Shown one piece after another: positions 6,776 through 10,098 of a DNA stretch of 10,098 bases. The notes under the pieces were generated by a model. The model saw only the letters and a list, made by a program, of their open reading frames with translations. It was not told where the DNA came from and made no database searches. How positions within the stretch are numbered: position 1 is the first letter of the stretch; each line of letters begins with the position of its first letter. This DNA comes from Paraspadella gotoi (taxonomy: Eukaryota > Animalia > Chaetognatha): positions 1-10,098 of the forward strand of contig JBJCIZ010000091.1 in the NCBI GenBank assembly GCA_051294375.1, in the 5' to 3' direction. Made by a program: the position numbers and the translations under genes.

Positions 6776-6898
6776 AAGATGAGCAAATAACCCCTGAAGT
6801 TTTCGCCCGTATTCTTAATTTTATTTTATTTTATTTTATAGGCAAATGCACCGCTCTGCTTGCACTGAAGATGAGCAATAACCCTGAAAGTTTCGCCG
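6776..6898. repeat. Imperfect direct repeat of about 32 bp, offset 92 bp
   Basis: AAGATGAGCAAATAACCCCTGAAGTTTTCGCCCG (6776-6809) versus AAGATGAGCAATAACCCTGAAAGTTTCGCCG (6868-6898). Both copies are followed by ATTTT-rich sequence. Confidence 0.85.
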
Positions 6899-7095
6899 AA
6901 ATTTTATTTTTCAAGCTTCTTGACCAGGATGGATGCTTGGCGATGCAAGAACCGGCCACTGCTGGAAAACCTGGAAAAAAGCATCACCATACTAATCGAT
7001 ATACCTGCTTGTCCTTGGCTGCTTAAATTTTACCATTTACCTAACTGCTTTTATGCATTCCATACACCTCAACCATAACTGGATATCCTTATCCG

Positions 7096-7160
7096 AACTA
7101 ATGCTGTTTCCTCAGCCAACTATGCTGATCCTTACCACAACTTATGCTGTTGCCTCACGG
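7096..7160. repeat. Three-copy minisatellite of about 22 bp
   Basis: AACTAATGCTGTTTCCTCAGCC / AACTATGCTGATCCTTACCAC / AACTTATGCTGTTGCCTCACGG. Confidence 0.75.
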
Positions 7161-8189
7161 CTCTACCAATGAGTGAGGTCCTTGGTTTTTTTTCAAAATC
7201 TGTCTCAACCAAGACTACTTCCTGCGTTTTTCCACCAACGTGAGTCAAGCTCCACCTTTTATGGGACGCCACTCTCATTATATTTTATTTAAAACTAGTT
7301 TTAAACTTATATTATATTGGATAAACGGATGTTGAGTTCCTTGTTCTTTGGATTGTCTTGTTTCTCTCGTTGGTCGTTACAGCTTTCAGTACTTTTTGGT
7401 CTTAATACTAACTTTATTTTAAAATGATTTTATTAGTATTTTTAGTTTTAAAATATTATTTAAAAATTTGTCGGAGAAGGTTTTAACGGGCCTTTCTCCG
7501 TCCTACGAATGAATCGCTATGTGAATTTTTCATTTCTTTGAATTTTATTGCTTGAAAATTTTTCGCATCTTTTACTTTGAAGATTTTTGATTTTTGTACA
7601 TTTTGCGCCGATTAATAGATATAAGCTACAACATAACGACGACCGTTCTCGAACGACAATGCAGTATCGGAACCATACGAGACAGCCAGATACGCTTTTA
7701 TAAGGCCTATAAGCTTGTCTTAGCGGACCACGCCATCACGCGAAATTATATAAGAAATATTAGAATAAAAGGAAAATAATAGCCGCAATTAATATCAGAT
7801 TTCATAAAACGTAGTCGCTAGTAAGATTCCACAAATTTTCAGTGATAATCTTACGTTAAAGTCTCTCTGTATCGCATTCTTCCGCCGCCAAGGAAATCCT
7901 TATCTCCAAGACCATCAGGGCAGAATCACCTTGCTCACGCGTTCCGCCGGAGGTCGCGGTCGCCCAAAGGTTGAGTGTCTTCGTCATCAAAAACTTTTTC
8001 TCCAGACATATTGCGTCCTGAAGCATGGCGCCTAGCGAAGACAGACGAGGGAGACGAAGAGAGAGCGAGAGGGAGACGGAGTATCATTGTTTTCGAATTA
8101 AAGCGCGAGGAAAGTTGCATGGAGTCTTATGATTTCGAGAGGACGACGAGAAAAAGGAATCGAGGCGGAAAAGGAAATCCCGCAACGGG

Positions 8190-8655
8190 AGAAAAAAGAT
8201 GGAGAAAGAGGAAAAAAAGGAGGAAAGAAGATTTAACAATACTACCGTGTCTTCAAAATAGCTTTTCTAGAAAGCAGAAAGAAGAAGATCAGAAGAGAAG
8301 CAGAAGAGAAGAAGAAGAAGAAGAGAAGAGAAGAGACAAGAGAAAGAAGTAGAAGAGAAGAGAGAAAAGAAAGAAAGAGAATAAGAAAATAACAAAGGAC
8401 AAGAAATAAAAAGAAATAGACAAAAAGAAAAGGAAGAAAATAACATACGATATAGGGGTTGGGGCGTACCAGCTTAGACATCAAAAGAAAAGTGCAACCA
8501 AGACAAAGCAAAAAGAAAAGCAAAAGCAGAAGAGAGAGTGTGCAGGGGGACAAGAGAGAGAGAGAGAAGGAGAGAGAGAGAGAGAGAGAGAAGAGAAGAG
8601 AGAGAGAAGAAGAGAGAGAGAGAGAGAAAGAGAGGTTGAAAAGAGAAGGAAAGCT
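8190..8655 (+). repeat. Purine-rich low-complexity tract with GAA and GA microsatellites
   Basis: Almost entirely A/G, with a (GAA)n run near 8308-8322 and interrupted (GA)n at about 8553-8632. Confidence 0.9.
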
Positions 8656-8898
8656 GTGATCCCGTCATCTTTTTTAGCCTGACTGATGGTCGATTTGTTT
8701 TCTTGACAGCCTTGTTAATTCGTTTCCGACCTTTTCTGTCGTGACGCCCCGATTAGAACACTACAGTTTCCTCCTCGCTTTGAAGTTAAGGCGACCCAAA
8801 TTTCCGTGGAGCGATACTTACGCAATGGTTTTTTGTACATTTTCTCGTGTTTGTGACTTTTGAGAATTCAAATTAGGTTCTCAAGTATTATCAAAATA

Positions 8899-9235
8899 TT
8901 TTTTTTTCTACATCCTTCTTTTCTCTTTTTTCTTTCTTTTTTTCTAGTTTTCTTTCTTTCTTTTCTTTCGTCTTCATTACTTCTAATCAATCTTCTCTGT
9001 TTATGCTTCTTTCTTTACAATTTCTTTCAAGCTTTTTCTAACTCCCTGCTTTAATTTATTTTCTTCTCTTCTCTTTGTCACCCTTTCAATTTTAATCTTA
9101 TCTTTCTTTCTTATCTTAATTCTTTATCCTTTCTTTTCTAATTCATATTCTTCTTTCTTTCCCTTTGCTTTCTTAGTCTGTCTCTTCTTATTCTTTTCTT
9201 CGTTATCTTTCTTTCTATTCATTTTATTCTCCCAT
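8899..9235 (+). repeat. Pyrimidine-rich (T/C) low-complexity tract
   Basis: Degenerate TTTC/TTC runs throughout. Confidence 0.85.
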
Positions 9236-9509
9236 CTCGGCCCATGAATACGATCCAAAAGCCCTCCTTTTCTTAATCAAGTGATTAGTGTCTGAATTGA
9301 ATACATGGCTCTTTGCTGCTGGCCTCGGACCCGACGGTAACGAAAATAGGTAAACAATCATCTGCTATCAGTTCCTGCGGGTGCAATCCATGGCAGAGAG
9401 ATTCGTAAAAGAAAAGTTTATATTAAAGAAATGTAATAAATTAAACTTGTATATTACCACATCAGAGAAAACAAAAGTACCATGGGTGTACAGGAACAGA
9501 CATAAAAAT

Positions 9510-9803
9510 TGTAAAGAAAAAACCCGAGAAAGATTGTAAGGACACGAAGGAATATGAAAAAATAGTGAGATAAATAAAAAGACAAAGGTAAAAAAGAAAA
9601 AAAATAAGGAAACGAAAATATTAGAAATAAAAAGGGAAAACAAAAAAAAAAAAAAGAAAAAAAAGAAAAAAAACGATAGTATAAGCTATTACAATGGACC
9701 GAAAAAACAAGAAAAAAAAAAAAAAAGGAAATAAAGAAAAGAAAGAAAAAAGTTAAATGAAATAAGGCAATAAGGAAGGAACTATAAAAAAAAAAAAAAA
9801 AAA
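9510..9803 (+). repeat. A-rich low-complexity tract
   Basis: Multiple poly-A runs of 8-17 nt separated by G/T. Confidence 0.85.
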
Positions 9804-9998
9804 CTGTGCGAACAGCCATCCTTTCAATCAATAACGTTTATACCCAAGAATGAAGACGGGGGCGTACCGCACCCAGTGGATGCAAGGAGAGGAGTCGGGG
9901 AAGCGTTGAGTCTCGATAAGTGGCAGAGGAAAGAAAAAAAAAAGCAATCTCCGGCGGAAGATTTGGGAGGTCGAGGGTCAGTTGAGCGGAGATTGCAC

Positions 9999-10029
9999 GG
10001 GGGAGTGGGGGGTGGGGTCAGGTGGGGGG
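9999..10029 (+). other. Potential G-quadruplex motif
   Basis: G5-AGT-G6-T-G4-TCAGGT-G6 fits the (G3+N1-7)x4 pattern. Confidence 0.5.
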
Positions 10030-10098
10030 CGGTGGAGAGTGTGAGAAAATATGAGGATGAGGCTGGGTAAAGGGTTTGGTCAGCGGGGGGTCAGAGGA

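Noticed and set aside
6234-7779. ORFs 6234..6497, 6472..6786, 6757..7026 and 7594..7779
   Set aside because: Short, with no recognisable motifs, and partly built from repeats.
7935-10070. K/R/E-rich and F/L/S-rich ORFs
   Set aside because: Artefacts of purine- and pyrimidine-rich low-complexity DNA, which is depleted of stop codons.

Overview
AT-rich eukaryotic DNA, probably from an invertebrate animal (short GT-AG introns, GA/TA microsatellites, no prokaryotic operon features). The main feature is an apparently intact minus-strand DNA-transposon gene: a DDE transposase of the Kolobok / Mutator-like (Phantom-type) group with the C(2)H motif, fused at its C-terminus to an OTU deubiquitinase domain with a complete D/C/H catalytic set. 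Phase-compatible splice sites extend the 787-aa ORF into a 4-exon, about 937-aa model (ATG at 4981), and exon 2 carries two LC8-type VQTD motifs. Seven bases past the stop codon begins an array of nine hairpin-forming repeats (1246-1636) with dimer and tetramer higher-order structure, covarying stems and a GTAAACAA (FOXO-type) motif in most loops. It resembles a CRISPR array but is not one. Upstream of the gene lie a nested inverted-repeat (foldback) segment, a motif set shared with 6300-6484 and a possible divergent exon. The element ends are not firmly defined; TTAA-flanked candidates exist. The right third of the window is mostly small repeats and low-complexity purine/pyrimidine tracts with no supportable genes. 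All alignments were done by eye.
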